Virus record (IMG/VR): IMGVR_UViG_3300033463_000029
Coordinates: 32,001-96,000 of that record
Strand: one strand, 5' to 3'
Source: a virus
Taxonomy: Duplodnaviria > Caudoviricetes
Length of the DNA stretch: 64,000 bases
The translations under genes were made by a program, and so were the position numbers. How positions within the stretch are numbered: position 1 is the stretch's first letter; each line of letters starts with the position of its first letter. This document shows positions 9,049-17,833 of this stretch, in pieces. The notes beneath the pieces were generated by a model. It searched no databases and was not told the origin of the DNA. It saw only the letters and a list, made by a program, of their open reading frames with translations.

Positions 9049-9690
9049 TCATTTTCTTTTTGATATTGTAATTTCAACTTCAATCGGTTCGTCTTCCCAT
9101 TTCAGTTCAGGGAAATATTCCCAAGGAAGGTGAAACATTATTGTATTTGACGACCAGCAATTTCCATTTCTTTCTGGTTTTTCCTTGTGAACAATTAGTC
9201 CGTCACCAAGAAACGGATCGTTATTGAAATCCCTAGCAACCCAGCCATGAATTTTTTCATCACGACTCGTGCTCGTTTGATTGATAACAGCCCGAAAACG
9301 ATTTTTAAACCAATTCATATCATCTTCATCTGGGCACACCCCTTGATTGACATCATTGATTATTGTATCAAAATGCTTAATATCATCCCTACTCCACTTT
9401 GTTTTATTATATTCTTTCTCCATCATTCTAGTAAACCCTCTATCGATGTTATCTTTCATCGTCATTGTTTCTGAAGCATATACTTCTGGCTCTTCCTGCT
9501 TTTCATAAATCGGACAACCAATACAGTGAGACCTTACACAGTATTCTGGGCAGTCTTTCTTTGTTGAAGAAATTATTTCAGTCATCGCTTTAATATAACC
9601 GTCTCTTTTAAGGGAATTGCGATATTCCTCTGCCAAACTTGTATATGGATAAGCGTCGTACGCTTTCTTCTCTATTTCTTCCTTACTCAT
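9049..9690 (-). CDS. Modular hypothetical protein, family B with insertion
   Basis: EEIEKKA..YP and KIHGWVARD..LKWEDEPIEVEI shared with 9687..10007. Confidence 0.75.
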   Translation of the reverse strand: MSKEEIEKKAYDAYPYTSLAEEYRNSLKRDGYIKAMTEIISSTKKDCPEYCVRSHCIGCPIYEKQEEPEVYASETMTMKDNIDRGFTRMMEKEYNKTKWSRDDIKHFDTIINDVNQGVCPDEDDMNWFKNRFRAVINQTSTSRDEKIHGWVARDFNNDPFLGDGLIVHKEKPERNGNCWSSNTIMFHLPWEYFPELKWEDEPIEVEITISKRK

Positions 9691-10007
9691 ATTTTATTGA
9701 TTATAAGTTCAACTTCCTTCGGTCCATCTTCCCATTTCAAATCTGGATAAAGAGAAGAATCAAGTTCAGTGTAGAATGAATCATGTTTCCATCCATAACT
9801 ATCATCTGCAACAGGCTTTTCTCCGAATAGCAACAAACGACCCTTGCGAAGAAAAATATCTTCCCTTGCCACCCATCCCTTAATCTTTGGTAATGACATT
9901 ATATCAGACATCGCTCTCGAATACCCCTCACGAAGTTTTATATTATCATACAACCCCTCATGTGGATAAATTTCCAAAGCTTTCTTCTCTATTTCTTCCT
10001 TGTTCAT
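9687..10007 (-). CDS. Modular hypothetical protein, family B
   Basis: Tandem paralog of 9049..9690 with near-identical 5' DNA. Confidence 0.75.
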   Translation of the reverse strand: MNKEEIEKKALEIYPHEGLYDNIKLREGYSRAMSDIMSLPKIKGWVAREDIFLRKGRLLLFGEKPVADDSYGWKHDSFYTELDSSLYPDLKWEDGPKEVELIINKI

Positions 10008-10267
10008 TGCTGCTGACCGTTGTTAATACCATCTCCATTACACGTTGTATATCCATATCCGTCTGTTGTCCAACGCTTCGGGCAATTTATACAGTCCATG
10101 AATGGATTTGTGCATATACCATCCTTTGCAAAACAAGGTGGATAACTTTGACCGTTAAATGGTTCAGGTACCAAGACCTGACGCGTCAACAAATCTCTGG
10201 CGTCTCTTTCTGCCAAAAGTTCAGCAAGACGTCGCTTCGAAAGTTTCATGTAATCATCTACCGTCAT
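10004..10267 (-). CDS. Cys-rich hypothetical protein
   Basis: ORF in operon. Confidence 0.65.
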   Translation of the reverse strand: MTVDDYMKLSKRRLAELLAERDARDLLTRQVLVPEPFNGQSYPPCFAKDGICTNPFMDCINCPKRWTTDGYGYTTCNGDGINNGQQQ

Positions 10268-10271
10268 ATGT

Positions 10272-10847
10272 TCAATCTTCTATTTTTGTAACACGAGTTG
10301 ATATGTGTCGTAACCAAGCTATTTGCTTCTTATCTAACTCTACGCCACGAGATCCGTCAGATATTATCGTCCTAAGCATCGTTTCGTCATCATCTGTCCA
10401 CCCGGAAAGCTCCTTTGTTTTTGACTTATAACCAGCAACGAAACCCCAAGCGACTTCTTCTGGATGCCACCCGTCCTCCTTCTTTGTAAATCTATCGGAC
10501 CACCGTTTAGCCATCTTGTGTAAATCCTCGTTAGCCTTCATCACTTCAAGGATGTTCGGTTCCCACCCAGAATCATCATCCGGTATAATTATACACAGAT
10601 TCAACCAACTCGGTCTCTTTATTCCAGCAATCTTCCCACCAATCGTATAATGGAAAGCCTCAGGATACGTTTCTCCTTCAGGAACAATCAACGCAGCAAT
10701 AGGATATGGATCAGGATAATCCCAAGCCACTATTTTTACTGCGTCACCACCTTCAGTGACAACAGAAACGCTTCCGTCTTCGATATCGTTTCTGTAGCTT
10801 ATATCGAACGGAACCTTAATCTTTGCAACAACACCCTTCTTGCTCAT
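10272..10847 (-). CDS. Modular hypothetical protein, family A
   Basis: Family A module plus WTDDDETMLRTIISD..IAWL module. Confidence 0.75.
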   Translation of the reverse strand: MSKKGVVAKIKVPFDISYRNDIEDGSVSVVTEGGDAVKIVAWDYPDPYPIAALIVPEGETYPEAFHYTIGGKIAGIKRPSWLNLCIIIPDDDSGWEPNILEVMKANEDLHKMAKRWSDRFTKKEDGWHPEEVAWGFVAGYKSKTKELSGWTDDDETMLRTIISDGSRGVELDKKQIAWLRHISTRVTKIED

Positions 10848-11079
10848 TGTAAAATTTCTTGTATTTTTCTTCGTCTACGCTAAAATAGTCGCACTCGAAA
10901 CTAAGAGAACCATAAATGCCTTGAGTTTTACCCTCTGCGTTTCTAATTTTGCTTATGAATTTCATAAGTTCCTCTTTTTTACAAGGAGAACCGTCGCTAA
11001 AAGTGTACCCCCTGCACACTTTACATTGGTCTGGATACCATATCCAAGCCTCTCTTCCGTCTGGCAAAACAGCTTTCAT
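10816..11079 (-). CDS. Cys-rich hypothetical protein
   Basis: ORF in operon. Confidence 0.6.
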   Translation of the reverse strand: MKAVLPDGREAWIWYPDQCKVCRGYTFSDGSPCKKEELMKFISKIRNAEGKTQGIYGSLSFECDYFSVDEEKYKKFYNEQEGCCCKD

Positions 11080-11084
11080 ATGAA

Positions 11085-11405
11085 TTATTCATCTTTTTTA
11101 TATCCGCAAAGCTCAGCTAGCGAATTACACCTTTCATACAACAAACCCTCACACTGCTTATAGATTGCTTCCATCACCGGCTCAGGAATGTCTATCTCCA
11201 TCGGGTGTGTCCAATAATTCGGAAACCACCTCAACGAGTATGTGACGGTTTTCTTAAGTTTCGGAATGTCAACAAAACCAAAATCTTTCTGGTCGAGAAA
11301 CAAAGAAATCTTCTCAATTTCAGCCGACAGCGGAAGTTCTGTTCCGAAAACTTTATAGGCATACAGCCTGAGTTCTTTGATGTCCTTTTTTGTCCAAGTT
11401 GTCAT
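11085..11405 (-). CDS. Hypothetical protein
   Basis: ORF in operon. Confidence 0.65.
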   Translation of the reverse strand: MTTWTKKDIKELRLYAYKVFGTELPLSAEIEKISLFLDQKDFGFVDIPKLKKTVTYSLRWFPNYWTHPMEIDIPEPVMEAIYKQCEGLLYERCNSLAELCGYKKDE

Positions 11406-11417
11406 TATTAAAATATT

Positions 11418-11534
11418 TTAAAATAAACATAGCAGCAGCGCGGACAAAACAACGGCCGCTGCGGGAATAATCATAACCACGGTATAAGTTAACCTATCCT
11501 TGTCTATATGATGTTTTTCTTTTGTATCCTTCAT
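11418..11534 (-). CDS. Small C-terminally anchored membrane protein (38 aa), not in ORF track
   Basis: MKDTKEKHHIDKDRLTYTVVMIIPAAAVVLSALLLCLF, directly after promoter. Confidence 0.65.
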   Translation of the reverse strand: MKDTKEKHHIDKDRLTYTVVMIIPAAAVVLSALLLCLF

Positions 11535-11543
11535 ATGCTTTTG

Positions 11544-11575
11544 CAAATATACTGGAATTTTTTGTTTTTGCGAAT
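11544..11575 (-). promoter_or_regulatory. Bacteroidota-type promoter
   Basis: GTATATTTGC -7 box. Confidence 0.7.
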
Positions 11576-11576
11576 T

Positions 11577-12029
11577 TTACTCAATTTCGCTTATTTCAAA
11601 ATGAATCCAACGCCCTTCAAACTGTTGAGGAACTTTATATTCTGGGTGCTCGTCAATCCAATACCAGTAATCGTCTTCCGTATCAACCCCGTCTTTGTTG
11701 ATGTATGAACCGAACTTGTAATATTTTTCGTTGTCCATGCTGAGAAGACTTATGTCTAGGAAGTATTTCTTTGAATCCTTTTTGAACGGCTCAAGATACT
11801 TTATAAGCGCATCTTCTGTGTCACAATAACCATAATCTATTAAAGAACCTTTAATGCTCTTTACCTCATTGAATACACCAAGAGTAACGAAGACATCATC
11901 ACACGTATAAAACGGCGTTCCGTCGTCGAGAGCATTCTCTTCGCAGATTTTAAGAACGTGATTTCTGCTATCCGGATCCTTCCAATTCTTTTCTATGGAT
12001 TCGTTGTCTATTGTAAGTTTTGGAAACAT
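11577..12029 (-). CDS. Hypothetical protein
   Basis: 150 aa ORF. Confidence 0.7.
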   Translation of the reverse strand: MFPKLTIDNESIEKNWKDPDSRNHVLKICEENALDDGTPFYTCDDVFVTLGVFNEVKSIKGSLIDYGYCDTEDALIKYLEPFKKDSKKYFLDISLLSMDNEKYYKFGSYINKDGVDTEDDYWYWIDEHPEYKVPQQFEGRWIHFEISEIE

Positions 12030-12035
12030 ATCTTT

Positions 12036-12329
12036 TTAATTTTCAGTTATTACATCAAACCGCTGCTGCCCGAAGATTGACCAGCCCTCAGGAAGAATAG
12101 TGAATTGCCAAGGATCTTTACTTCTCGCTTCTTCATATTCTTTCTCGGCTTTTCTTCTGCGCTCCTCCTTTTCTTCTTCCTTTTGACGTTTTTCTCTTTC
12201 TTTTCTTTCCCGTTCTCTACGTTCGTCTTCTTCAACAGCTTTCCTGAAACGCGCATCGCGTTCCATTTCTTCACGGAGTTCCTTATCGGATTTTCTCTCC
12301 CTGTATATCGGTATAAAAATTACAGTCAT
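12036..12329 (-). CDS. Charged coiled-coil hypothetical protein
   Basis: E/R/K-rich helix. Confidence 0.65.
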   Translation of the reverse strand: MTVIFIPIYRERKSDKELREEMERDARFRKAVEEDERRERERKEREKRQKEEEKEERRRKAEKEYEEARSKDPWQFTILPEGWSIFGQQRFDVITEN

Positions 12330-12664
12330 TTTTTGATTTCGTGTTTCTTTATTTCCCTTCCGTCATCGTATATGACAGTTGTTTCGCCAGACTTCTTCGG
12401 GACGAGTTTCTTTGTTAAACAAATCCCCTTGTATGTAACGTATGGCTTTCCGGAATACAGGGTCTCTCCATAGTATCCAGTTATCTTTATGATTTGAGCG
12501 TTCGCTTCTATGATGTCATCAATATCAAAACGTCTGTTCTCATCAGCCCACTTCTTTAAAATGGAATAGCGGAGCTTCCTATACTTCAATTTAATTTCTG
12601 CCTCTTCGTCAACCTTTCGCTTATTAAGCAAGATCAGAGCATCTTGTAATTCCTTTTCTGTCAT
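12326..12664 (-). CDS. Hypothetical protein
   Basis: ORF in operon. Confidence 0.7.
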   Translation of the reverse strand: MTEKELQDALILLNKRKVDEEAEIKLKYRKLRYSILKKWADENRRFDIDDIIEANAQIIKITGYYGETLYSGKPYVTYKGICLTKKLVPKKSGETTVIYDDGREIKKHEIKK

Positions 12665-12669
12665 ATTGT

Positions 12670-13293
12670 TTAATATTTTCTTATGTATGAACTAAACTCT
12701 TCACCAATTTCTCCACAATAATATTCGATAACATTAAGAACAAAATTTGCAGTGGCTCCACTATGTTTTTTGCTATCGAAATGATGCTTCAATTCTCCAA
12801 ACCTAGCTCTTGGTTTTTCATCATTGTTGAGGCATTTTATGTAATGAATAACTTCTTCGAGAATACAAATGTTATCTATATTCGCAGATACGGTCTCTTT
12901 CCAATCGTTATGCTTTTCTTGTGGGATAACAGCTGTACCGGCTGAATAATATTTGTCAATTAGTGATTTCTTGTAAGCCTCTTCACTTCCATATTTTTTC
13001 TCAACCCACCTCCTGTGTTCTTCCTTCATCGCATCTGTTTCCATTTTCATCCGCTCGCACATCTGTTCGTGTTCAATTTTTTCTCTTAGCCGTTCTTCTA
13101 ACTCTTCTTTCTTGGTTTTTCCGTAATATGCTATATACAATTCATCCTCTGACATAGAAGAATCAACATATGTTCCATTGAAATACGAGAATAAGAGAGT
13201 CCCATTCTGATATTTTTTCTTTTCAGTCAAAAACCAGTCATAGAGATTCTCAAAGCTCATCATGTATGGCAAATCAACTTTCTTCTCCATCAC
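12670..13293 (-). CDS. Hypothetical protein
   Basis: 207 aa ORF. Confidence 0.7.
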   Translation of the reverse strand: MMEKKVDLPYMMSFENLYDWFLTEKKKYQNGTLLFSYFNGTYVDSSMSEDELYIAYYGKTKKEELEERLREKIEHEQMCERMKMETDAMKEEHRRWVEKKYGSEEAYKKSLIDKYYSAGTAVIPQEKHNDWKETVSANIDNICILEEVIHYIKCLNNDEKPRARFGELKHHFDSKKHSGATANFVLNVIEYYCGEIGEEFSSYIRKY

Positions 13294-13641
13294 TCTCTTG
13301 GTAAAAGTTTTTCAATGTCATCAAGTTTTATAGCATAACCATCTTTTATTAGGTATTTCATTTGAAACCCTCCGATGTGAAAATAAGAAGCGTCATCGTA
13401 ATCTATCTTTTTCCACGTAGGAAGAATATCGATGACTTCAACATCTGACAAACTCAACCTCATGAATCGACCATCCTCATGTTCGACTTCAACAACGGGT
13501 TCTCCGCCGTTCACGTTTTGGATACGTTTTTATATCGGTGACTTTCCAAATGTCGCCGATTTCAGGACTTGTCATTTCGAACAACATGTTGTTATTCTTT
13601 ATGACATCGAGTATGTGCTGAGTTATTTTTATTACTTTCAT
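13290..13641 (-). pseudogene. Frameshifted hypothetical gene
   Basis: ATG 13641 frame (MKVIKIT...WKVTDIK) joins the 13290..13514 frame if one A is removed from the A5 run at 13527-13531. Confidence 0.55.
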
Positions 13642-13919
13642 TTTTCAACAAATTCTGGTTTCCATACAACTGTACTGTCAACAGCCAAAGAATCAACATA
13701 CGTTACCTTTAGCGTTGTTTTTCCGCGATAAACATCAAGTGGTGTCGGATCCTTACGTATAGGATCAATAAGATTCCATAAAATCATTCCTGTAACAACG
13801 AGACCTATCCCACCGAAAAGACCAGCAAAGCTAATGTCTGGATCCTTAATGACTGCCCAGATGAACATCGCCAGAAAAATCAGAAAAAACAAAATTGTAA
13901 AAATCCAAGTCGCTACCAT
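13638..13919 (-). CDS. Two-TM membrane protein
   Basis: Two hydrophobic helices then PTPLDVYRGKTTLKVTYVD. Confidence 0.75.
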   Translation of the reverse strand: MVATWIFTILFFLIFLAMFIWAVIKDPDISFAGLFGGIGLVVTGMILWNLIDPIRKDPTPLDVYRGKTTLKVTYVDSLAVDSTVVWKPEFVEK

Positions 13920-13933
13920 ATAGTTTTAAATTT

Positions 13934-14006
13934 AAAATAAAAAAATCCGTACATTACATCTTACGGTGCAAATGTACGGATAATTTTTTGAATTTCCAAA
14001 TTTTAT
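13934..14006 (-). promoter_or_regulatory. Promoter/stem-loop cassette copy 2
   Basis: 41 bp identical to 3094-3134; same hairpin arms, longer loop. Confidence 0.85.
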
Positions 14007-14464
14007 CTGGAATTTATTGCATCTTCCATCAAAGACATTGCTTCGTCTGTAAAAAGTCCCTCTTTGTCGAAAAACTTCATAACCTTTATCCAGTCTATAC
14101 AACGACTTCCACGACTGTCTGTAGTAAAGAATGAGCCGACGTTCCTGTCATCTATGCAATATTCCCCATATGCTTTTGGAGAAGACGTCCACGAACTCTG
14201 GTCAGGGTCAAGCTGAACACCATATAAAGGTATTTCTCTTTCCTCAAACCACTTCACGGCTGCATCGAGATATTTTTCCTCGGAACGCATGGTGGAAAGA
14301 ATCAATTTGTGCCCACTAACAACAAGCATTTTCAAAACTAAAACCGCAAACGGCAAATCCTTTCCAACATTCGGATACATATGCTCTACAACTGTTCCGT
14401 CGAAATCGATTACTATTTTCACAGGCTTGACGCCGGTTATATATTGCTGCATAATCTTTGACAT
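14003..14464 (-). CDS. HAD-superfamily phosphatase (BT0820-like)
   Basis: IDFDGTVV motif I, STMR, IDDRN motif IV. Confidence 0.85.
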   Translation of the reverse strand: MSKIMQQYITGVKPVKIVIDFDGTVVEHMYPNVGKDLPFAVLVLKMLVVSGHKLILSTMRSEEKYLDAAVKWFEEREIPLYGVQLDPDQSSWTSSPKAYGEYCIDDRNVGSFFTTDSRGSRCIDWIKVMKFFDKEGLFTDEAMSLMEDAINSR

Positions 14465-14486
14465 AGGATATCAATAATTTAAGTAT

Positions 14487-14729
14487 TTATTTTGATGAAA
14501 GATATTCATCATATCTGTCCCAGCTCTTACTCCTTCCGTGTTTTATGTCTTTCCCGGACGCCCATGTTATGTCACCTATTAAAAAATATGACGGTACGAT
14601 AGCGAAAACGAGGTCAAAAAAATAAACCTTTTCTCCAAACCAGTATCCATATCCGTACTTTATTGAGAAAACTTTAAGCGGTTTGTACTTTTTTATATTG
14701 TACAAAAGATTGTTGAACCATTTCTTCAT
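14487..14729 (-). CDS. Hypothetical protein (start reassigned to ATG 14729)
   Basis: MKKWFNN start follows stop of upstream gene. Confidence 0.55.
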   Translation of the reverse strand: MKKWFNNLLYNIKKYKPLKVFSIKYGYGYWFGEKVYFFDLVFAIVPSYFLIGDITWASGKDIKHGRSKSWDRYDEYLSSK

Positions 14730-14730
14730 A

Positions 14731-15111
14731 TTACATGTATTCTCCGATTTTATATCTTGTTGCCATTTTGAAAATCTCTCCATTCTTTCTTCTGTGGTTT
14801 TCGTAACCAAGACCATATACGGTAATGTTAGAATCCGTACACGCCTGCCAAGAGCCATATTTCGCAGACTCAGCCAAGTCATCTGCACTGAACGACACTT
14901 GATAAATGTCAGTGAGACCATTTTTGTTTATATAATCGATACAAGTCTGAACTAGAATCTCCTGCAACTCTTTTATGTGATCTATCTTTGTTATGTTCGG
15001 CTTTGGATCATCTTCAAGTTGCTCAACAATAGGATTTTCTTCCCATTGTCTAACAATGTCGTTCAGATACGGATGTTTGTCCGAGATTCTTATTTTCTTT
15101 GGTTCGCTCAT
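14731..15111 (-). CDS. Hypothetical protein (start reassigned to ATG 15111)
   Basis: Start downstream of promoter 15142-15149. Confidence 0.65.
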   Translation of the reverse strand: MSEPKKIRISDKHPYLNDIVRQWEENPIVEQLEDDPKPNITKIDHIKELQEILVQTCIDYINKNGLTDIYQVSFSADDLAESAKYGSWQACTDSNITVYGLGYENHRRKNGEIFKMATRYKIGEYM

Positions 15112-15172
15112 AAAAAAACACCGGATTTTTGATTTCCGGTGCAAATATACTGATTTTTTTGTGTATTGCAAA
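15112..15172 (-). promoter_or_regulatory. Bacteroidota-type promoter fused to terminator hairpin
   Basis: TATATTTG immediately followed by CACCGGA-N9-TCCGGTG-T7. Confidence 0.7.
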
Positions 15173-15175
15173 ATA

Positions 15176-16120
15176 TTACATCGATGGTCTGGATTCTCCT
15201 TCAACTTCCACCATAAGAAAACCTCTGTCGCCAACCCACACGTTTGTTATTTCGGCGGCATCGACGCAGTTCGAACGTTCATATATTCTAAATGTTCCGT
15301 CCTGCAACTCAACTACGCTCCTTATACCTTGTGCACAAAAAACATGAATACAATTTACTGCTGGAATTATTTCTCCAAGAACGTTTAAAATGATAAACCA
15401 TCCTTTATCTTTCCAATAAGCATAGTATGTGGTTGATGTAGATTTTCTTTTCTGATTAATTAAATCTATACATTTATTCTTTTTGAAACAAATATCATCA
15501 GCCCAATCCTCGAAGAATATCTTTCCACTTCGTTTATCGATTCCGTTAGCCTTCCCATCCTGTCTCTTTACGAAAAAGCACATTCCTCCGTTATCAGCAA
15601 TGTTTAAAATTTCTCCATTACAAATGTCTGAATTGTATCTTCTTGAATATATTTTTCGATTTTTCGTTCTCGACATTTTTATAGGAATATGTTCAACAAC
15701 ATTTTCGGAAACTATGTTTATTATAGACCATTCTTTAACAACAAGCTTCTCACCATCCGTTAATTTAGACCCACCGTTTCTATTATGTATAAAGAAAAAG
15801 CCTTCTTTTGGTCTTTCTTGAACAATATATACACCATAATCACTTTCTAGTATTCTCTCCATTCCATCATGTTCCGTAGTGATTATAGTATATTTCCCTT
15901 TGTTCGTGTTAAAATTATATGATGTTATTACATATTCTTCTTTTGGACCTCTCATTACAACCGAGAAGCCGTCCTCAGACAGATACTCTTCTCCATCGTA
16001 AGAACTTTTAAGCATTGCAAAATTTCCCAACCTATGAAAGTCATGACCACCCTTAACACAGCAAACCCAATGCTTATCCTTCCTTAATTCATCTATCAAA
16101 GTTTTGTCTAAACCATTCAT
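15176..16120 (-). CDS. Beta-rich repeat protein, paralog 1
   Basis: VKRQDGKANGID..FEDWADDI repeat; ATAAATA-N4-ATG. Confidence 0.7.
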   Translation of the reverse strand: MNGLDKTLIDELRKDKHWVCCVKGGHDFHRLGNFAMLKSSYDGEEYLSEDGFSVVMRGPKEEYVITSYNFNTNKGKYTIITTEHDGMERILESDYGVYIVQERPKEGFFFIHNRNGGSKLTDGEKLVVKEWSIINIVSENVVEHIPIKMSRTKNRKIYSRRYNSDICNGEILNIADNGGMCFFVKRQDGKANGIDKRSGKIFFEDWADDICFKKNKCIDLINQKRKSTSTTYYAYWKDKGWFIILNVLGEIIPAVNCIHVFCAQGIRSVVELQDGTFRIYERSNCVDAAEITNVWVGDRGFLMVEVEGESRPSM

Positions 16121-16124
16121 ACAG

Positions 16125-16156
16125 TATTTATTCTTTCAGATAACCATTGATAAATA
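16125..16156. promoter_or_regulatory. Divergent pair of putative late promoters
   Basis: ATAAATA on minus strand (16125-16131) and plus strand (16150-16156), each 4 nt from an ATG. Confidence 0.65.
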
Positions 16157-16160
16157 TTAT

Positions 16161-17441
16161 ATGAAATTCGAGATGACAAAAAACGTATTGTGGTTGGATG
16201 GTGATATACTTTCAACAAATTTTGAGATAAGATGCGATGGAACGTTTGTTACACCACGTCCAGCATTTTTTGATGTGGTTTGTAAATTTGATAACGGAAA
16301 GAAGATTCTGGTAGAAACGAACGACAGCAGAATTTATTACGTTTTTGACATAACGAAAAAGAAAGACAATTACAAACAGCTCATAGAGAGAAACTACTAC
16401 GAAACAAAAAACATAAATGGGAAAACTTTTGTAATTGCTTTACTATGCGAATGGGATCATATGAGAAACCCAGAAAACGGTGATTGCTATTTACTAAAAA
16501 ACAGCAAATCCATAATACCTATACCAGAAGATTGTGGAAATTTGATGTATGTTGAAGAACTTAGGAAAATAGCACACACAAATCGAGATACACAAGACGT
16601 TGAAAACATCTACGTCTGCACATTAAACAAAAAAAGCAGAAAGCCATATTATAACATTTTAGCCGGAGATAAATGGTTGTTGAATGAATGGGTTACAAAT
16701 AAGCCACTAAAATCAGGAAAATACATTTTAGTTGGTTCTGACGAATCTAGAAACGAATGGGATATAGTGTATGACGGATTAGAGATTATCCCTGAAGGAC
16801 CGTTCATATGTAAGGCAACATCAGAGGACTTTAGAGTTGAAAAATTAGGGTTTTCTTCTCCAATATTTGTTAAAAGAAAAGATGGAAAATGTAACGTTAT
16901 TGAATCAGACGCTCCAGCCACAAATAGTTTTTTCGTATTCGATAAATTCTACGACGATCTTTGTATAACAAAAATAAAGAGAGAAGATTATACCAAAAAA
17001 GCTCTTGCTGTAAAAGATGGAGATACTACTTATGTAAATATTCCTACAATGGATTCATACCATCGCAGAACATTCCTTTTAGAGTCTGACAAACCTCCTG
17101 TTGAAATCTATATAGACGGAAGAACATTTGCAATATTAACAGTAGGAGATTACTATAAAATATTTTATCGCGAAAAGCAAAAATACGTTCTTGAAAATGA
17201 AAAAATTGAAAGCATAATGCTTGGTGGTCAAAGAAAAGAACAACCATGGAGAGGAGGAGGGCAAAAAGAGGGATATGCGTTTATTGCAGCATTCACAGAA
17301 GATGGTAAAAAATTCTTAGCGATACCGAGACTAGATAGCGGCGAAATGTTCAGAGAAGAACTAGAGATAAACTATAATAAAAACTCCGGAGAACTTAAAA
17401 TAAAAGATTTAGACGGAAGAGAGTATACAATAACAATATAA
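16161..17441 (+). CDS. Beta-rich repeat protein, paralog 2
   Basis: YYNIL..WLLNEW, DIV..IIPEGPF, VKRKDGKCNVI repeats. Confidence 0.75.
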   Translation: MKFEMTKNVLWLDGDILSTNFEIRCDGTFVTPRPAFFDVVCKFDNGKKILVETNDSRIYYVFDITKKKDNYKQLIERNYYETKNINGKTFVIALLCEWDHMRNPENGDCYLLKNSKSIIPIPEDCGNLMYVEELRKIAHTNRDTQDVENIYVCTLNKKSRKPYYNILAGDKWLLNEWVTNKPLKSGKYILVGSDESRNEWDIVYDGLEIIPEGPFICKATSEDFRVEKLGFSSPIFVKRKDGKCNVIESDAPATNSFFVFDKFYDDLCITKIKREDYTKKALAVKDGDTTYVNIPTMDSYHRRTFLLESDKPPVEIYIDGRTFAILTVGDYYKIFYREKQKYVLENEKIESIMLGGQRKEQPWRGGGQKEGYAFIAAFTEDGKKFLAIPRLDSGEMFREELEINYNKNSGELKIKDLDGREYTITI

Positions 17442-17473
17442 ATTAAATGGCGGAACTGTTCCGCCATTTAATT
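17441..17473. terminator. Bidirectional terminator
   Basis: AATTAAATGGCGGAA / TTCCGCCATTTAATT between convergent genes. Confidence 0.8.
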
Positions 17474-17474
17474 A

Positions 17475-17765
17475 TTACAACGTAACTTTATAACTTTCAA
17501 CATAATCCCCGCAACACTCACAAGGTTCATCATCCGCATAAACCTCATCAAACATATTATACGATATAAACTGAAGGAGGTCGTTTAAGTTAAATTTCAA
17601 TATTTTGTTTTTGAAAATTTTACTGTTCGCTATTCTTGTTAAAATGTTATGCCTCTCTTCATCGGTCAGATCAATCTCCTCTTTACCGTTTACAGTTAAA
17701 CTATCACATATACATCCGCGAGTCATCTCTATAACGAGTTGATCGTTTTTTTCTTCGCTGTTCAT
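17475..17765 (-). CDS. Hypothetical protein (start reassigned to ATG 17765)
   Basis: GCICD and CECCGD motifs; promoter at 17784-17791. Confidence 0.7.
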   Translation of the reverse strand: MNSEEKNDQLVIEMTRGCICDSLTVNGKEEIDLTDEERHNILTRIANSKIFKNKILKFNLNDLLQFISYNMFDEVYADDEPCECCGDYVESYKVTL

Positions 17766-17783
17766 AATACAATTATGTTTTTG

Positions 17784-17808
17784 CAAATATACTGATTTTC
17801 GATAAATA
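17784..17808. promoter_or_regulatory. Overlapping host-type (minus) and late-type (plus) promoters
   Basis: CAAATATA 17784-17791 and ATAAATA 17802-17808. Confidence 0.65.
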
Positions 17809-17833
17809 TAGAAAATCTTAATCACGTAAAGTT

